DNA from: Yuukianura sp. NJ FZ-2021
Taxonomy: Eukaryota
Assembly (NCBI GenBank): GCA_046563655.1
Contig: CM102289.1
Location: 1,302,001 to 1,366,000, forward strand
Reading direction: 5' to 3'
Length of the DNA stretch: 64,000 nt
Below, one piece after another: positions 59,598-64,000 of the stretch. A program made the position numbers and the translations under genes. How positions within the stretch are numbered: position 1 is the first letter of the stretch; every line of letters starts with the position of its first letter. Under the pieces are notes generated by a model. That model was not told the origin of the DNA. It worked only from the letters and a program-made list of their open reading frames with translations, and made no database searches.

Positions 59598-61954
59598 TGT
59601 AGGGAGGTATCCCCACAACCCCCTCTCAAAGCCTATACGGCTCCCTCGTCCTCCTCCGCTCCACTCCACAGCAGCAACACAACAACAATCCCCTTCGTCC
59701 CCCTGCAGTTCCGGAGACGCCAGACCACCAGCTCCAATTCAGCAGCCAATCACAATCGCCGAGGATTGCATCAGCCACTTCCCTGCAGCTCCTTCTGGCA
59801 GTTTCATCTCCTCCATCTTCTCGTCCTCCTCCACACAGTCGTCCACACCATCTCACAAGGAGAAGATCTCGTCACTCCAGTTCCCAGTAGCAGCCATCTT
59901 CCTTCTTCGTGTCTGGACACGCTACTGCCTCTATTGACCCGGATTTGACCTCAATTCACCTCCACTGGACTTCCTGGACAGACCAGGAATACCTGGTTGA
60001 TCCGACCAGGACCGCTCGTCTCTCCTACTACTACAAATTGGCCGTAACTGTATCTTTTGTTTGTTCAATAAATTACTAATCCAATTCTTGTAGCTCCCGT
60101 GACCTCTGCCCCTTTATTTCCGTCGTCAGACGTTCTCGGGTGACCGCGAGTCGGCCCGTCGGGGAGTTCACTCCGAGCTTTCCCTCAAGTGGGCGCATCA
60201 GCCGGGAATCGAAGCCCGTGACCTCACCATGACCTCGACTTGACCCGCCACACCGAAGCGGGAATCATACCAATTGGAGCCAACCGGCTCCACCAAAGGA
60301 CCCACCGTGACCCCACCCTAAACTTTTTTCATTTTTAGGAAATTTTTTTTCCATTTTTTTCATTGTTCTAAAATATTCTTTTGGCTAATTTCCAGATCTT
60401 TCTGGAAAAGCGAGCTCGGAGCAGAAGCCACGCCGTAGCCGAAAGCCACGCTCCACACACCCTACACACGCCACATCACCAGCCAAAGCAGCCGTAGAGC
60501 CGAATTCCACGCTCCACACCCTCTCCACGCTACACATCACTTGGCCACGTCACCTCGGACCACGTCATCTTCTTCGTCCTTCGTCTGCCTGTGACAAGGT
60601 CACACAAGGTCAGCGTTCTTTCGTTTTTCTTTGCGCGTTTTGTTTTGTTTTTTTTTTTTTGAGCAAACGTGTCCCTCCCCAGCAACTTTTGGTAAAAATA
60701 CCCCGTCCCCCTGTCAAATTTTTTTTAAATTTTCAAAAACTTAGCGTTTTTTTTCAAAATAAGCGTTTTTTTCAAAATTCGAGTTTTTTTTACAAAAAGC
60801 GCAGCGCCCCAGCTACCTAAAAGCAGCTCCCCTGAAACGTAGTCCCCTATCCCCATAGCTTTTGGCCCCATTTTCAAAAAGTTATTGCCCCCTGTCCCTT
60901 AAATTGAAAATTTTTGAAAATTTGGTTTGAAGATTTTTTTTTTGAAAACATCCTAAATTGAAATTTGGTAAACCCCTAACACCCCCCTGTCAAAATTTTT
61001 TTGAAATCCAAATAGTTTGAAATTTTCGCGCTTTTGCAAATTTTGTTGCGTAAGTGACTATTCCCCAGAGTCGGCAGATTTTTCCGATTTCCAATTACCC
61101 CGCAACTACGACCTTACGCAGACCCCACTTTTCACCTGACTAGTCGGATTTTTCAGAAACCGGCTCTATACGTTCCCTAAATTCAAAATACGTTGCGTTT
61201 TCGTCCTGATTAATTAGAATTAAAGATTTTTGTCCACCTTTCAAATTCAGAAGTTGTTTTGCTACCCCAAACCCCTGCCCAAATTTCTGAAAAGTTGAAA
61301 AACTTTGAACTTTCCTACAGCTACTAGAAATAGTATGTTAATGTGAGGTCTACCTAAACCTCGGACTTGTCAGATTTTCCCGCCCTTGCGAATTTCAATC
61401 GCATCCAATCCTACTGAAGTTACCCAAGTACCTAACATCCTATTCCTTCCAATGTGGTTCAAAATAATTCAGAAATGACAATTTTTGAATTAACTTTGTG
61501 GCTCTACGGTTTTCTTATTTGGTTTGGCTTGGCTGCTCCGTCACTCCAGCTCGTTATCTTTCTGTTTACTGTTCTGTTTGTACTTCGTCTTTAAGTTCTG
61601 TTTGGTGGATTTTGGTTTGTTTTTGAAACCATAGCCCTAAACAGCAGCTTCTAAAGTACCCCCCCTAAATTTTTGAATTTTGTATTTCTTTTTTTAGTAG
61701 TAAGTTCAAACTATTTAAAATTCTTAAAGTATTTGTTTAATTAATTCAATTTCTTAAGTATTATAGAAGGTCCCTGAACTGAAACAAGAGATGTCCCACC
61801 CCTTCATTGCCATCGTTCTGATCATACTCATAGCAGTTATTGCAGTTGTTGTCCAGTACCTTACCCTATTCTTTTTGATTTCGATCCTTGTCAATTTCCT
61901 CCAATAAGCCCAAACGCTGAAAAGCGGTTGCGGTATTAGTGAACCCCACTGCAA

Positions 61955-62368
61955 ATGTGGATCGCTTGGCCCCTAATCCGAACTATTCTAATTGCTGGAA
62001 CAGCTTTATTTTTTGCAAGCTGTTTAATCCTGTTCCTAACCGAAGTCCTGTACCTATTCTCCCTACTGGTTGCTGAAATTACCCAGTCCTGTGTAGCATC
62101 GACTTTTTCCGTCTTTGTTGATTTTTTGGCCCTACACGTTGCCCCTGTACTCTACCTAAGACGAAATCCTCGAGCTTACGCAGAACTACTTGGAGTCCTT
62201 GTCGGAACTGAAACCTACTACTGTCTAGCTCTTTTGGTTAGACTCTTGTACTATCATTGGAGCTTCTTCAGTCCCATTTACCGCTGGTGTTTCAAATACT
62301 ACGCAAGTACCCAAGGCTGGCTTGTCTTTGAATACGAGAATCCCCGTCTGCAAGAACGAAGATACTAA
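61955..62368 (+). CDS. Hydrophobic multi-TM ORF upstream of gag, function unknown
   Basis: ATG-initiated 137-aa ORF with 2-3 hydrophobic stretches. Confidence 0.4.
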   Translation: MWIAWPLIRTILIAGTALFFASCLILFLTEVLYLFSLLVAEITQSCVASTFSVFVDFLALHVAPVLYLRRNPRAYAELLGVLVGTETYYCLALLVRLLYYHWSFFSPIYRWCFKYYASTQGWLVFEYENPRLQERRY

Positions 62369-62392
62369 GGAGTTCCCAAATGTTGACATATT

Positions 62393-63699
62393 TTGCGAGA
62401 CCCAGGTCTTCCTCCAGTACAAGGTCAACCGCAACAACAAGGCCCTTCCCCATCCCAGTCCACAATCCCCATGCAACCAGCACAACAAAACTACCATCCT
62501 ACTTTTGCTATGCCCCCTCCAGTTCCTAACAATCCGCAGCAACCAGCTACTCCTGGTTCTGTGTACAGCGATGGTACACAAGCCAATATGGCTCCCAATG
62601 CCCCCTTCCCTTGTACCCAGGACATTAAAATTTTCAAGCATATCCGGAAGTACGATGGAACGAGTGACCCTGCAGAATTCCTTGCACGCTACGAATACGA
62701 TCTGAGAGGAACTGGATTCGGATCTTATGGAGCATTGAGCCACTTCGACAGAGTTTTGACTGGAGTCGCTAGCTCTTGGTTCATCTCAATTTGGCCCCAC
62801 TTTCGAGAACAACTGGAAGATCCCACTAAAGATCCTGATGCTGTCTGGACTGAATTTGGAACTCAGTTCATTTCCCATTTTTCCCTTAAAGAGCGTAGAG
62901 ATGATTTCAGAGCCCAGAATAAGTCCCTACGTTACAAATTGGGTGACTGTATTGACAAATACGTAGCGGACAAAATTGTTATTTTGTCTCGTTTGGATCC
63001 CAAGATGAGTGACAGCCGAAAGGTTGAATATCTCATTCGTGGACTCCCAGCAGACCTTGAAAAAGGTTTTGTAATGCTCAATATCCAAACCCCTCCGACT
63101 TTCAGAAAATTCTACGACGAGTTGCAGAAGTCCATACCCGTCCCAAAGATGGCTCTTCCCCTGTAGTCTCTATGCAGGCTTTTGAAATGGCAGCTGCCCC
63201 TAACCCCCCAATGCAGTTCCCCCAGTCGTCCCCACCCCAGATCCAACAACAGCCCAATGTTCCTGGTACCCCCCAAGCTGCTGGTCAAACGGCTTCACAA
63301 CCAACCAGTTTCGTGAATCGTCGGGATGCAGAAGGACGACCGATATGCAATCGCTGTAACCGAAGTGGGCACATTAGAAAACACTGTCACACCCCTACTT
63401 GGCGGCTCCCGGGTTACAATGGCCCTCAGCGTGCACTCCCAGCAGACCATTCCCCTCAGCCTGTATCCCCCCAGCAGCAAGGCTATTATAGCCAGGCTGT
63501 TCAACGTCCCTACCCAAATATTGACACTCGCCCATTGCAAACCAGTCCAAACCCTCCAGCACAGTCTCAAAATGTTCCTCGTCCGGATGCTGATTGGACC
63601 AAGACGATGATGACTGCCTTTGGAACAATGACGGATCTTCTCCAGAACATCGCTGCAGCAGTCCTTCCTAAACAAACACCGCCTCCGGAAAACCAGTAG
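62393..63699 (+). CDS. Ty3/gypsy-type Gag (frameshift near 63090-63093)
   Basis: KYDGTSDPAEFLARYE...LTGVASSWF...WTEFGTQFISHF capsid-like region and CCHC knuckle CNRCNRSGHIRKHC. Adding one C to the C4 run joins the two ORFs. Confidence 0.8.
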
Positions 63700-64000
63700 A
63701 GCTGCCGTTGCAGGGACGACAGCCTCTACCCACCCCAACTTCTGTCCCTAAAAATTTGGTCCCAGTCCCTATAAGGGCTTGTCCCAAACGTTCCAAAACA
63801 CAAAAAACTAAACCCCCGACTTTCCAAACCCATAGAAAGTGCAAGGCTTTTGGCAGGAAGCCCCAATTTCAAAGTCCATTCCCACTAGAAGAGTTCTTTA
63901 CCAAATTGCAAACTCTTTTTGTCCAACAGCAGAAATGTTCCCAATGTTGTAACTCCAGCCCTACTTCAACTTTGATCGCTGGGAACCTTACAACCAAGTT

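Larger units (their letters stand above)
59598..64000 (+). mobile_element. 5' portion of a Ty3/gypsy-like LTR retrotransposon (putative LTR ~59598-60272, long leader, TM ORF, gag, start of pol)
   Basis: TG start, AATAAA at ~60068, TGG-starting PBS-like sequence at ~60275 and a downstream gag. The second LTR is outside the window, so boundaries are approximate. Confidence 0.65.

Noticed and set aside
59002..59948. 311-aa and 140-aa ORFs as complete genes
   Set aside because: Their Pro/Ser-rich 3' parts are read-through into the C-rich putative LTR that starts at 59598.

Overview
AT-rich eukaryotic DNA with short GT-AG introns. Gene content suggests a soil arthropod such as a springtail (inference only). 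There are three zones. (1) 1-31 kb: a repeatedly duplicated and decaying secondary-metabolism-like cluster, with UDP-glycosyltransferases (2 intact, 3 remnants), microbial-type class I terpene synthases (2 full-length, 3 remnants), an intron-containing NRPS-like A-T-R reductase (1 full-length, 2 remnants) and a bulb-type mannose lectin, interspersed with DNA-transposon and Helitron-like relics. (2) 23-58.5 kb: a tandem array of 3-exon multi-TM chemoreceptor-like genes, two of them split in exon 2 by full-length LTR retrotransposons. (3) 59.6-64 kb: the 5' part of a Ty3/gypsy-like element. The standout is a young Ty1/copia element (34450-41864; apparently identical 384-bp LTRs, TAAAA TSD, tRNA-iMet PBS). 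Its single 2088-aa ORF carries two tandem aspartic proteases and ends in an in-frame, ~535-aa class I fusion-protein-like envelope domain. All calls are by eye from motifs and internal alignments; no database searches were run.
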